DNA from: Oligoflexales bacterium
Lineage (GTDB): Bacteria; Bdellovibrionota_B; Oligoflexia; Oligoflexales; Bog-1112
Reading direction: 5' to 3'
Length of the DNA: 64,000 nucleotides
Assembly (NCBI GenBank): GCA_045106415.1
Contig: JBGCEP010000018.1
Location: 1 to 64,000, forward strand
Shown here: positions 49,711 to 59,985 of the stretch, one piece after another
Layout of the letters: each line of letters opens with the position of its first letter
Numbering within the stretch: the first letter of the stretch is position 1
Position numbers and translations under genes: made by a program
Notes under the pieces: model-generated
What the model saw: only the letters and a program-made list of their open reading frames with translations
What the model was told of the DNA's origin: nothing
Databases searched by the model: none

Positions 49711-50357
49711 TGTCGCGTTACAGCGAGAGTTTTCTCAACATTGTACGCTCGATTGAATCGATAATAGCGGCCTATTATGGCGGATCTCTTTATGCGTATG
49801 CCGAGAATTTTCTCTGCCAAGAGGAATTGAAATACGGTGACCGAGGCTGTTTATTCTTACGACAAAGCACAGACCACCTTGATCTTTCTATTCATTTTCA
49901 TCAAGACATTTATGACTCCCTTTCAAACAACAACCCTCTTGAGTTGTTATTTGAAAAAAATATCGACGCCTTCTGCGTGGTGATTGAAGAAGTGAGCCAT
50001 TTTCATATGATTTTAAATTTCCAAGATCACCAATTATCCTGGATAGATTTAGAGCTACAAGCAGAAATAGACAAGCTCCTCGTATGCTCCTTGCTTCTAC
50101 ACCAGCAACAAGGTTCCTATCACATTTCAGCTCTCGTTCACCTACTATTCGATCGAGCTTCACTTCCTCACAGCTCATCACGCGCATACCATGAAGCAAA
50201 CCGACTAGGGGCTTATTTTTGGTATAGAGCGATAGAGCAAGGTCTCGGGAGTCAATTTACTCTTTTTGATCCGAAATTTCGCAGAATGATGATCAAAAAT
50301 TATCGCTCACGATCAGCGGAAAGAAAGACTCCACTGCGACAACCTGTCGCTTTATAG
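49710..50357 (+). CDS. Hypothetical protein, possible zincin-like fold
   Basis: TAATG-coupled to the upstream gene; IEEVSHF and LELQAEIDK motifs. Confidence 0.65.
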   Translation: MSRYSESFLNIVRSIESIIAAYYGGSLYAYAENFLCQEELKYGDRGCLFLRQSTDHLDLSIHFHQDIYDSLSNNNPLELLFEKNIDAFCVVIEEVSHFHMILNFQDHQLSWIDLELQAEIDKLLVCSLLLHQQQGSYHISALVHLLFDRASLPHSSSRAYHEANRLGAYFWYRAIEQGLGSQFTLFDPKFRRMMIKNYRSRSAERKTPLRQPVAL

Positions 50358-51314
50358 TTTTTCTATCTGTTCACGGATGACACGCATTTTCATTGCAAGT
50401 TCAACTTTTCCTTCAGAGGCCCAAAATTCTTGTTGCACCTGCAATAGTTCATCATCACCATCAATCTGTATCACCTGCATAAAATCACGGTAAGCATCTC
50501 GAAGATAGTTTTGTTCTAAGAACCAGACACCTCGACGCAACCACCCTTTTGAATTTTCTGGTGAAAGTCTCAAGACATCTGTCAAAATGCGGTAAGATTT
50601 TGCTTCGTCATCTTTGTCTCGACCACTCCATAAGGATTCAAGCCGCTCTGCCGTATCATTTATCGAGAGTAAGCGTTGCCCCTGGTAAAAGAACCCTACC
50701 CCAGTCAAACATAGCCCCAAGAGCGCAACTGGGAGCCAACGTTTCCACCGGGCAGAAAACTTTGAGCATAAGGCCACAGCACCTATAACATAACCTGCTA
50801 CCCACCCTCCAAAATGCCCAGCTTGATCTAAACCTGGAATAACAAGACCTATTGCACTATTTAACAAGAACATTTTCCAAAAAGGACCATCAATCTTTTT
50901 ACCTAACCCATGTTCAAAAAAACATCCAACACCCAAAAGCCCAAACAGCGCCGTTGAAGCCCCCGCACCTGTCGAAAAGCTCCAACTGCTGCCCAATATA
51001 TTACCGGTCACAATGCAGAAGAGGTAAACAATCAAAAAAGCGAGACTTCCCAAAAGCTCTTCAATTTGAGGGCCAAGATAATGAAGAGCAAGTTGATTCA
51101 CAGCAAAGTGAATCAGGCCAATATGAATAAAACCTGCCGTTAACAGACGCCAAACATCCCCCCGAGCAAGCAACACTGTGTCTCGGGCACCAAAGTTCAA
51201 AAGCACCTCAGAATCTGGCACCAAAAAGCTTGAAGAAAACCACGAAACCAACAAAAACAACACCGTATTCACAGCAAGTAAGCATAACGTTACAGGGAAG
51301 CGTTTTTGCATCAC
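50352..51314 (-). CDS. Rhomboid intramembrane serine protease with C-terminal TPR
   Basis: WRLLTAGFIH..HFAVN, GAS, HFGG. Confidence 0.9.
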   Translation of the reverse strand: MMQKRFPVTLCLLAVNTVLFLLVSWFSSSFLVPDSEVLLNFGARDTVLLARGDVWRLLTAGFIHIGLIHFAVNQLALHYLGPQIEELLGSLAFLIVYLFCIVTGNILGSSWSFSTGAGASTALFGLLGVGCFFEHGLGKKIDGPFWKMFLLNSAIGLVIPGLDQAGHFGGWVAGYVIGAVALCSKFSARWKRWLPVALLGLCLTGVGFFYQGQRLLSINDTAERLESLWSGRDKDDEAKSYRILTDVLRLSPENSKGWLRRGVWFLEQNYLRDAYRDFMQVIQIDGDDELLQVQQEFWASEGKVELAMKMRVIREQIEKL

Positions 51315-51724
51315 AGAACCTGATAATCACTGCGAGGGGCATGCATTTGCAGATAGGATTCCCCCTGAAGAGGTTCTTTTTTTCCCGTTTGAGAAAGAAG
51401 CCACACCCTTCTTCCATCTTTAAATTTCACATGAACTTGCATAACTTCTACAAAAGATCCCTGAACTTTATCAACCACGACCGAAAGATCCATAACCTGC
51501 CCAACTCGAACATCCATATGTGCTTCTTCTGCTTGGAGCTGAATTCGATCTTGCGGTTCTTTTTTCTTTTCGACAGCTTCCCACACAATAGAGTGCTGTC
51601 CTGCTGAAAGTATTTTTACCTCAACAACCTTATAAACTCCTTGGTGAAGACTACCGTGCGTTAACTCTTCTTTGGCAACTAACCTCTGAGATAAAAGCCC
51701 TAAAATCACAATCATCGTTTTCAT
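51311..51724 (-). CDS. Secreted hypothetical protein
   Basis: Signal peptide; 4-bp overlaps with both neighbours. Confidence 0.6.
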   Translation of the reverse strand: MKTMIVILGLLSQRLVAKEELTHGSLHQGVYKVVEVKILSAGQHSIVWEAVEKKKEPQDRIQLQAEEAHMDVRVGQVMDLSVVVDKVQGSFVEVMQVHVKFKDGRRVWLLSQTGKKEPLQGESYLQMHAPRSDYQVL

Positions 51725-53310
51725 ACGTTCTCCCCTGAGAAATCTTCTAATACTTTTATCAATTTACCATCTCGAATCCAGCGCGAGACAGCTTCAATAT
51801 CGTGACTCATTGCACGATCACCATGCGACAGCGGTACAAACTCACGAACAGCTTTCCAGACCGCTTCCACTCGAGGGGCTGGCTTCAACGGTTGTAGATA
51901 ATCAAGGCCTTGGCATGCAGCCAAAAGCTCTATAGCGAGGACCTTTTCAACATTTCTTAAAATTTGACGAGCTTTACGAGCAGCAATAGGCCCCATACTG
52001 ACGTGATCCTCTTGATCTGCTGATGTTGGAATCGAATCAGTACAAGCTGGGTTTGCGAGCCCTTTATTCTCTGACACCAAAGAGGCCGCTACCACATGCG
52101 GAATCATATAGCCTGACTGCAAACCACTTTCTTCAGCCAAAAATGCAACCTGCCCACCAGAGAGGTGGGGGTTCATGAGCTTATCAATGCGACGTTCAGA
52201 GATAGACCCCATTTCAGCCATAGCGATACCAAGCACATCCATCCCTAAACTCACAGGCTGCCCGTGGAAGTTCCCTCCACTCAGAACATCACCATTTTCA
52301 AAAACCAACGGATTATCTGTCACTGCATTCAGCTCGTCTTCTATGGTTTGATGCACCCAGCTTAAGGCGTCTCGAGTGGCTCCATGAACTTGTGGTAGAC
52401 AACGAAAACTATAAGGATCTTGCACACGATCACAATCAACATGGGATTCATGAATTTCGTCGCTCCCTTCAAACATGAGGCGCATCTTATCTGCTTCAAT
52501 TTGTTGACCTAAATGATGCCTTACCTGATGAATTCTCTTATCAAAAGGGGTATAACTTCCTCTTAAAGCCGTTAAGCTCACAGCCGCAATGACACTCGCA
52601 CTTTCCAAAACGATCCAAGATTCTTCAACAGCATGCGCACCAAGAACCGCCATAAGATGAGTTCCGTTAATCAGAGCAAGACCTTCTTTTGCTTGCAAAC
52701 ATACTGGCTCTATTTGAAGTTTTTCGAGCACTTGTCCTACATGCTGTTTCTGGCCTTGATAGATCACTTCACCTTCACCAATCAATCCCAGGGCAAGGTG
52801 CGCCAAAGGGGCTAGATCTCCCGAAGCTCCCACACTTCCTTGTTCGGGAATGACAGGAAGAATATCGTTTTCTAAAAACCTCAATAAAGTTTTAACAAGA
52901 TCCGTACGGACACCACTATACCCATGTAAAAAACTATGAGCCCTTAAAAGCAAAAGCCCTCTCACAATCTCTTCTTCTAAATCACGACCCACACCACAGG
53001 CATGCGATCGAATCAAGTTCACCTGGAGCTGTTCAAGTTTATCGTTTTCAACGCGTACACGTGCTAAAAAACCAAAACCTGTATTAATCCCATAATGACT
53101 CAAACCATCTTGAACAGCATGCTCGACACGAGCCCTGCTTTCTTCCACCAAAGTCCAATTATCAACAACCACTCGAGGGTTTGCAGACTTCACTAAAGAC
53201 ACAAGTTGATGAGTTGTAAGCCTTGCCCCTAAGGTAAAGCTCTCAGCATCATGATGATTCCAAGATCTTTTTGAGACCACTTCTTTTTCAAGGTCTACCC
53301 GTGTCGTCAT
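51721..53310 (-). CDS. hutH: Histidine ammonia-lyase
   Basis: YGINTGFG, GSVGASGDLAPL (MIO), KEGLALING, RVQDPYS.RC.PQVHG, GGNFHG, QEDHVSMG. Confidence 0.96.
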   Translation of the reverse strand: MTTRVDLEKEVVSKRSWNHHDAESFTLGARLTTHQLVSLVKSANPRVVVDNWTLVEESRARVEHAVQDGLSHYGINTGFGFLARVRVENDKLEQLQVNLIRSHACGVGRDLEEEIVRGLLLLRAHSFLHGYSGVRTDLVKTLLRFLENDILPVIPEQGSVGASGDLAPLAHLALGLIGEGEVIYQGQKQHVGQVLEKLQIEPVCLQAKEGLALINGTHLMAVLGAHAVEESWIVLESASVIAAVSLTALRGSYTPFDKRIHQVRHHLGQQIEADKMRLMFEGSDEIHESHVDCDRVQDPYSFRCLPQVHGATRDALSWVHQTIEDELNAVTDNPLVFENGDVLSGGNFHGQPVSLGMDVLGIAMAEMGSISERRIDKLMNPHLSGGQVAFLAEESGLQSGYMIPHVVAASLVSENKGLANPACTDSIPTSADQEDHVSMGPIAARKARQILRNVEKVLAIELLAACQGLDYLQPLKPAPRVEAVWKAVREFVPLSHGDRAMSHDIEAVSRWIRDGKLIKVLEDFSGENV

Positions 53311-53578
53311 GTTCACCTCAATATTATCTAGATAGACACTATATACACGACAGGCACTCAAACGTCACGATTTGGCATAAAACAAAACAGGCGTTATACA
53401 GACAAAATTAAAATAAAATGAGAATAAAAATTTAATGAACAATTCATGGCTCCACCACATAAATCATGTATGTCATTGGCATTAAAATTTTACTCATTAT
53501 TATCAAGAGTTAAGATTTTCAAACTGTGTTTGCTTACGTATTTTTTGGTTCATACGGCATACGCACAACAGCATCATT

Positions 53579-54202
53579 TTATGACTGCTTTAAAGCTAGA
53601 ATCGCCTTAGCACGATTTTCTGCGCGATAGACCCAAGAGCCCGCAACAACACCGCTTGCTCCATCTTCTTTCACTAAAGATGCTGTATCTGGTTTAATAC
53701 CACCATCAACAACAACAAACACCTCACGGGAAAGCACCCTGATTTTTTCTCGCACTTCAGATAAAAAATCCTGCCCTGCATACCCCGGCTCAACACTCAT
53801 AACCAAAACATGGTCAACCTCTTTAAGGTATGGTTTGACCATGCATATGGGTGTTTTTGGGTTAAGAGCAAGACCCACCCCAGCTCCCGCGCTTCGAATC
53901 TTTTGAATGACTTGAGCTGGATGTTGAGCAGCCTCAATATGAAAAGTCACTCGCGACGCTCCAGCTTGAACATATTGTTCAGCGACTTCGAGTGGGTTTT
54001 TCACCATAATATGGACATCTAGAGGGCGTCTTGCATAAGACTTTAAAGATTGAATAATCGGCAAGCCAAATGTCAGAGGCGGGACAAAATGGCCATCCAT
54101 GACATCCACGTGATGCCAGTCTGCTCCTGCTGCTTCCACATCTTCAATCTCTTGACGAAGACATGCAAAATCAGCAGAAAGAATAGATGCCGCAACGATC
54201 AA
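53579..54202 (-). CDS. rpe: Ribulose-phosphate 3-epimerase
   Basis: SILSADF, HVDVMDGHFVP, DVHIM, MSVEPG, VDGGI, VAGS. Confidence 0.96.
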   Translation of the reverse strand: MIVAASILSADFACLRQEIEDVEAAGADWHHVDVMDGHFVPPLTFGLPIIQSLKSYARRPLDVHIMVKNPLEVAEQYVQAGASRVTFHIEAAQHPAQVIQKIRSAGAGVGLALNPKTPICMVKPYLKEVDHVLVMSVEPGYAGQDFLSEVREKIRVLSREVFVVVDGGIKPDTASLVKEDGASGVVAGSWVYRAENRAKAILALKQS

Positions 54203-54747
54203 GATTTCTCCTCAAACCTAGCGCGTTTTAATAATCGTTTTTTCACCATACTGGCTTTCAGGCGACTCATTCTTTGAGTGAATACGATCCCATCTAAATG
54301 ATCTATTTCATGCTGCAGACAAATCGAAAACAAGCCATCAGCAGTCACTTCAAAAGATTCTCCTAGTGCATTTTTCGCGGTTACAACAATTTCTGCATAG
54401 CGCTCAATATTTTCATATACCTCGGGAAAGCTCAGGCACCCTTCCGTATATTGAATTTTACCTTTGCGGCTTATAATAACAGGGTTCACGAATACAAATT
54501 CTTTATCATGCCACCATGCTGTTTCTTCTGCTTCTTCTTCGTCATCTTCTGGAGCAGGAATTTCAATTGTGAGAACTCTTTTTAGAACACCCACTTGATT
54601 CGCTGCTAACCCGATACCGTGAGCTGCTTTCATTGTCTCTTGCATATCTTTCACAAAGCCCTGAAAATCTTCATCAAAAACAAGCACTTCTTCTGCTTTT
54701 GTTTCTAGGACTTGTTCTGGCCATTTTACAACTTTTAAGATCGACAC
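54199..54747 (-). CDS. def: Peptide deformylase
   Basis: GIGLAANQVG, EGCLS, QHEIDHLDG; GTG start with ggagg. Confidence 0.96.
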   Translation of the reverse strand: MSILKVVKWPEQVLETKAEEVLVFDEDFQGFVKDMQETMKAAHGIGLAANQVGVLKRVLTIEIPAPEDDEEEAEETAWWHDKEFVFVNPVIISRKGKIQYTEGCLSFPEVYENIERYAEIVVTAKNALGESFEVTADGLFSICLQHEIDHLDGIVFTQRMSRLKASMVKKRLLKRARFEEKS

Positions 54748-54812
54748 CGTTTTATTCCTCCAAAGACCTTGCCACGCGGAGCCTACCACAACGGTGAAGA
54801 CTTTTAAAAGAC

Positions 54813-55067
54813 TCAGTATTCGACTTTTTGCGCACGATATTTCTCGAAAGAGATCTGTGTTTGTGACTCAAGCGCTTCTTTGCCTCCCCACTCTTCCCAC
54901 ACATCCGTCAAAGATTCCTCTAAAATGCTAACAACTTCATCTGTAAGAAAACGATCTCGCAAATGATCATAGACAGCATAACCATCTACTTTAATAGAAA
55001 AAACAACGGCCCAGAAACACCCCTGAGCTGCTGTTCGTATTATCCAAGAAATCGCTGAAGAAACCAT
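54813..55067 (-). CDS. Small hypothetical membrane-associated protein
   Basis: 84-aa ORF co-oriented between lon and def, with an RBS-like aaggtg. Confidence 0.55.
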   Translation of the reverse strand: MVSSAISWIIRTAAQGCFWAVVFSIKVDGYAVYDHLRDRFLTDEVVSILEESLTDVWEEWGGKEALESQTQISFEKYRAQKVEY

Positions 55068-55130
55068 ATCTACACCTTTACAATCAACTCGATCATATAC
55101 TCAGTGTAGCTTGGGCTACAGGTAAACACA

Positions 55131-57551
55131 TCAGCTTGCAAGGCCAACAGGATGATTTGTCACAGGAGTTGTATGAACACGCACCTCCGAAAACAAGAAT
55201 TCAAAAGCCTCTTGGTATTCACTCACAAAGATAACCTCTAGATTTTTCCTCATTTTTTGTGGAAGAGAAAGATAAAGAGAACGGTTTCGGCTTGGTAATA
55301 AAACATGCTTCATCCCTTCCCTTTGAGCAGCCAACAGCTTTTCTTTCAAACCACCAATCGGCAAAACTTTACCATGAGAAGTGATCTCTCCGGTCATACA
55401 TGTCGCCGACTTTGGGGAAACTCCTAACAATCCCGAGAGAATAGACGTAGCCATCGCCACACCTGCGCTCGGCCCATCCTTAGGCACAGCTCCCGCTGGA
55501 ACATGGACATGAATATCCTGTTTTTCAAGAGCATCCAGTGACACATGAAAATCTTCATAACGTGACCGAATATAGCTCAACGCTGCATGAGCTGATTCTT
55601 TCATCACATCACCCAACTGACCAGTTAAAACAAGCTGTCCTTTACCAGGATAAAGATTGGTCTCAATAGCAAGAATCTCACCACCATACTGAGTGTAAGC
55701 CATACCTAATGAAACACCCGGTGTTGACTCTGTATGGAAGAAATCTTCTCCGTAAGGAGCAGCTCCTAAAAGCTTTTCAATAATGGTAGGAGTCACGCGG
55801 AAATTTTGATTTTTATCTTCTTCAGCAACCTGACGGGCAAGCTTACGACACATCATGGCTACTTGCTTTTCAAGCCCACGCAGGCCACTTTCTCGGGTGT
55901 AACCTCGGATGAGCGCTTTTAGAGCGGGTGAAGAGACTTTCACTCGTTCTGTTGTCAGACCTGTTTCCACAATCTGCTTTGGAAGCAAAAATCGCTTTGC
56001 AATATCCGCTTTTTCATCTTCGGAATAACCTGACACATCGATAATTTCAAGGCGGTCTCTCAGCGCGTGTGGAATCGATTCGAGATGATTCGCATTTGCA
56101 ATGAACATAACTTCACTGAGATCAAATGAAACACCAAGGTAGTGATCCACAAATTTATGATTTTGCTCTGGATCCAGAACTTCTAGCAACGCTGATGAAG
56201 GATCTCCTCGGTGATCTGAGCCTAACTTATCAATCTCATCAAGCATAATCACTGGGTTCATAGCACCTGTTGCTTTGAGAGCACTAATAATACGCCCAGG
56301 AAACGCACCAACATATGTCTTTCTATGACCTCGAATATCAGCTTCATCACGCACCCCTCCAAGGGAAATCCTTGAAAAAGGGCGGCCCATACACTCAGCA
56401 ACAGAACGTCCTAAACTTGTTTTACCGACACCGGGAGGGCCTACAAAACATAAAATAGGACTTTTGGCACTTGAGTTTAATTTCTTTACAGCAAGATATT
56501 CAAGTACACGATCTTTAACCTGCGTCAGACCATAGTGATCTTTATCAAGAGTCTCTTGAGCTCTTTTCATATCAAGATTATCTTCTGTTCGAATATCCCA
56601 AGGCAAAGACAACAAGGTTTCAATATGAGTCCGTGTAAGAGCTGCTTCACTTGTATCTTGATGCATACGCTCGAGTCGCTTCATTTGACGAATAAGCTCT
56701 TCACGAGCCTCCTCTGACACTTCGACCTCATCAAGCTGTTTCCATAGCGCCTCAGCTTCATCTCTCATGTCAGCATCACCAAGCTCAGAACGAAGAGCTC
56801 GAATTTGCTCTCTCAGATAATGCTCGCGCTGCACTTTCCCGATTTCTTCTTTTGCTTGCGATTGAATCCGAACCTGCATTTGAAAAACTTCGATCTCACG
56901 GCATAAGTAAGCATGAACCCTAGACAGTCTTTCCACAGGATCGCCAACCACAAGAATTCTTTGGCCTTCCACAACCTTCAAACCCAAATTAGCAGCAACC
57001 AAATCTGCAAGACGACCTGGCTCTTTAACATCTTCTAAGATCATCAAAATATCAGGCGATAAAACTTTACCTAAACTGACAACCTTTTCAAGATTTTCTC
57101 GTACAGCACGAATCATCGCTTCAACTTCAGGTTGAGTATGCGCAAGGTCGGGTTCCGGCAAAGCTTGAATACTGACTAATGGGAATGTTTCTGTCGATAC
57201 AAGCTGAGAAATAGTTGCTTTCTCTACACCCTGCACCAACACCTTCATCCGGCCATCTGGAAGTCGTCTTGTTCTCATGATGGAACACACTGTTCCAACA
57301 TCATAAACATCAAAAGGTGCTGCTAAAGTGCACACAAGACTTTCATCTTGTAGGTGAGGCTCTGTTGCCTGAAAAGCAGAAAGAAAAATCTTTCGTTCAC
57401 CTTCAAGTGCTTTTTCCACAGCTTGAATACAAAGATCTTCACTGATGAAAACGGGCACAATCATGTGCGGGAAGACAATAATATCTTTTAGGGGCAAAAG
57501 CGGCAATTCGCTCTCAACACATCCTGGGCGTCCATCTGCTGCGGTCGTCAT
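55131..57551 (-). CDS. lon: ATP-dependent Lon protease
   Basis: LPLLPLKDIIVFP, GPPGVGKTS, DEIDK, PKDGPSAG; aggagg RBS before MTTAA. Confidence 0.97.
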   Translation of the reverse strand: MTTAADGRPGCVESELPLLPLKDIIVFPHMIVPVFISEDLCIQAVEKALEGERKIFLSAFQATEPHLQDESLVCTLAAPFDVYDVGTVCSIMRTRRLPDGRMKVLVQGVEKATISQLVSTETFPLVSIQALPEPDLAHTQPEVEAMIRAVRENLEKVVSLGKVLSPDILMILEDVKEPGRLADLVAANLGLKVVEGQRILVVGDPVERLSRVHAYLCREIEVFQMQVRIQSQAKEEIGKVQREHYLREQIRALRSELGDADMRDEAEALWKQLDEVEVSEEAREELIRQMKRLERMHQDTSEAALTRTHIETLLSLPWDIRTEDNLDMKRAQETLDKDHYGLTQVKDRVLEYLAVKKLNSSAKSPILCFVGPPGVGKTSLGRSVAECMGRPFSRISLGGVRDEADIRGHRKTYVGAFPGRIISALKATGAMNPVIMLDEIDKLGSDHRGDPSSALLEVLDPEQNHKFVDHYLGVSFDLSEVMFIANANHLESIPHALRDRLEIIDVSGYSEDEKADIAKRFLLPKQIVETGLTTERVKVSSPALKALIRGYTRESGLRGLEKQVAMMCRKLARQVAEEDKNQNFRVTPTIIEKLLGAAPYGEDFFHTESTPGVSLGMAYTQYGGEILAIETNLYPGKGQLVLTGQLGDVMKESAHAALSYIRSRYEDFHVSLDALEKQDIHVHVPAGAVPKDGPSAGVAMATSILSGLLGVSPKSATCMTGEITSHGKVLPIGGLKEKLLAAQREGMKHVLLPSRNRSLYLSLPQKMRKNLEVIFVSEYQEAFEFLFSEVRVHTTPVTNHPVGLAS

Positions 57552-57721
57552 CAGCCTCCTCACTGACCCTAAGGTCACGACATAGCGTTGTTTATCTAAA
57601 GACTCTTGTCGGCATTCCACACAACATCTTAATGAAAGAAGTGCCTAGAAATTCTCCAAAAGTTAAGAAAACCCTCGTGCCCAGAGACCAAGTCAAAGGA
57701 GTATTCGACCACAGCGATATA

Positions 57722-58315
57722 CTATTCTGACTTAGGAACCACAACTCGGACCATTGACGCTCTTAATAAGCGATCGTGCAATTGATAACCTCTAGCAAAT
57801 TCCATTTGTACCAGCTCTTCTGTCACGTCATCACTCTCTTCTCGAGCAATCGCTTGGTGCAGCTCTGGATCAAAAGCTTTGCCTTCTGCTTCAATCGCTT
57901 GAAGTCCATGTTTCTCAAAAACGTCCCACATTTGTTTTTGGACAAGCTTCATACCTTCCACGATTTCTTCTGCTGAAGCAGAACTCAGTCCTGCTTGCTG
58001 AAGACTATCCATGACCGGAAGAAGGTCTTTAAAAAAACCTTCTTGTCCGTAACGCGCAAGATCCTCTTTTTCTTTAAGAGTTCTTTTGCGAAGGTTGTCC
58101 ATTTCAGCTCTCACACGAAGATAATCGTTGTGATACTTCTTCGATTCGGCTTTGTTATCTTCGAGTTCTTTTTCCAAACTCGTCAATCTTTCCTCTGTCT
58201 GGTCTGTCACAGAAGGCTCCTGGGACAAAGTCGAATCACATGGTTCAGAACCTGTGGTCGCCGCTGTTGAAATATTCTCTGGCTCATGGGCAGCAGATTG
58301 ATCTTGTTCCAGCAC
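57722..58315 (-). CDS. grpE: Nucleotide exchange factor GrpE
   Basis: LRVRAEMDNLRKR, LLPVMD, FDPELHQAI, GYQLHDRLLRASMV. Confidence 0.95.
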   Translation of the reverse strand: MLEQDQSAAHEPENISTAATTGSEPCDSTLSQEPSVTDQTEERLTSLEKELEDNKAESKKYHNDYLRVRAEMDNLRKRTLKEKEDLARYGQEGFFKDLLPVMDSLQQAGLSSASAEEIVEGMKLVQKQMWDVFEKHGLQAIEAEGKAFDPELHQAIAREESDDVTEELVQMEFARGYQLHDRLLRASMVRVVVPKSE

Positions 58316-58788
58316 AACATTCTCCTCAAAAACACACTACACTAGAACATCTTCGTAGCGGATGTGAGAGCGAATGGCAAGCCTAGATATCATCAATTCC
58401 TACCCTCTATTATGATATCGCCTCCCGACGGCCTCATACTCGGCAAGATTGACGTAGCTTTTAACCACCTAAAATACATATTAAAAATATTAAACTTGCA
58501 CTTTCTTTCCTTTTAGAGAAAACCGTCTACACCTTGCTAAAATAGTCATTTTTTTAAGAGAGCGACCCATAATTATTGACTTAAGTTTTCAAACTTTATA
58601 GATTCAACCGCGCGTTTATACGTCACTCAATTCACGGGCCCTAGTACGCTTCTGTCTCAGCAATTTTAAACGAATTTAACGCGCTGTAACCAAAATCAAA
58701 AAACATAAACAGCTACTGCGATGAATAAAACTTTGTGCTAATTTGGCTGTGTTTTTGAAAGAAATTGATCAAAAGGCTGGAGAAAAAC

Positions 58789-59076
58789 ATGCACCATGAC
58801 GAACGAGAACACGTACAAGCTCAAAAATCGGCTCACTCCGAGCTTGACCACCTCTCCTTAGAGGATGTTGTCGGCCTCAAGGTTCAACGCTTTCTAGATC
58901 AAATTGGTGAGTTTTACCCTGAAAACCTCCACACTGAGTTCATGCGCCAAGCAGAACGACCCTTAATTGATCAAGTTCTCACACGAACGGGTGGAAACCA
59001 GGTCCAAGCCGCAAAAATTCTAGGGATCAATCGCAACACTCTGCGAAAAAAAATGCAATTTCATAAACTGTCATAA
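58789..59076 (+). CDS. fis: Fis-family DNA-binding protein
   Basis: ERPLI..VL..TGGNQVQAAKILGINRNTLRKK. Confidence 0.85.
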   Translation: MHHDEREHVQAQKSAHSELDHLSLEDVVGLKVQRFLDQIGEFYPENLHTEFMRQAERPLIDQVLTRTGGNQVQAAKILGINRNTLRKKMQFHKLS

Positions 59077-59204
59077 AGCCAATAAATCCTTACTACCTAA
59101 ACATGAAGATTGACTCAAACAATCTTCATGGCGGATAAAATTATTTGAACAAAGATTAAAAAAGACTTATAAGGCTTATGAATTCACTATCGTTAGGGAT
59201 GCTC

Positions 59205-59960
59205 ATGACCCACGTTTTCTTATTGCTCATCACAATTTTATCTACACACGCTTCTGCAGCACCCATGGCGGAAAGTTTTCCTGTCGATGGCCCTAACTGC
59301 TACAACACAGCGTTGAGGCTTCACGGCTTGATTGAAGAAGATCGTTATGTCGGCTATTCCGAGTGCAAAGCATTTTTAAACAAGTTTTTCACTGAGCAAT
59401 CAGCAGCACAGGAATCTCAGGATTTGGACATTATTGCATATGGGGACCTAGCACACGTCATTGTACAAACAAGTCAAAATAATTTTTTTCATAAACTTGG
59501 CGTTGCAAAAGAATATAAGCGAGAAGCTCTAGAAAAAGACAAAATGAATCAGCTCCTTATTAAGTCAAAAATCTCTTTATGGCCTAAAAAAATATACCGT
59601 TACAATGGAAATCAAGAGCACCTTTATTCAAACCAAGAAAAAAAATGGCTTAAAGCTTTTGCATCTTTATTCATCACACCAAAATTTTTCAACCAAGCTC
59701 ACCTCGCCATCCGCACACGAGAAATACTCGATTCTTTAAAGAAGAAGTCGAAATCACAGTTTTTTCATCATGCATTAGACAGTTTTTATGAACTCACAAC
59801 TCGCATGATAGAAAACGCTGAACACAAGAAATATGCAAACCCGTTTCTATGCACAACCCTTAAACCTCTATCAGAAGATCAAAAACAAAGTTTAAATCAC
59901 CAAATCGATGCGATTTCACTTCATCCGACAGCAGAAGCTTTATTTGATATTTTAAAATAA
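59205..59960 (+). CDS. Secreted protein with putative papain-like Cys/His catalytic pair
   Basis: Signal peptide ending ASA; GPNCYNTAL ... DIIAY...HV ... FHKLG. Confidence 0.55.
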   Translation: MTHVFLLLITILSTHASAAPMAESFPVDGPNCYNTALRLHGLIEEDRYVGYSECKAFLNKFFTEQSAAQESQDLDIIAYGDLAHVIVQTSQNNFFHKLGVAKEYKREALEKDKMNQLLIKSKISLWPKKIYRYNGNQEHLYSNQEKKWLKAFASLFITPKFFNQAHLAIRTREILDSLKKKSKSQFFHHALDSFYELTTRMIENAEHKKYANPFLCTTLKPLSEDQKQSLNHQIDAISLHPTAEALFDILK

Positions 59961-59985
59961 AAAATAGAAAGACTGGGTAAAAAAA

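Noticed and set aside
58316..58788. CIRCE element or ncRNA upstream of grpE
   Set aside because: No TTAGCACTC-N9-GAGTGCTAA found; looks like an AT-rich divergent promoter region.
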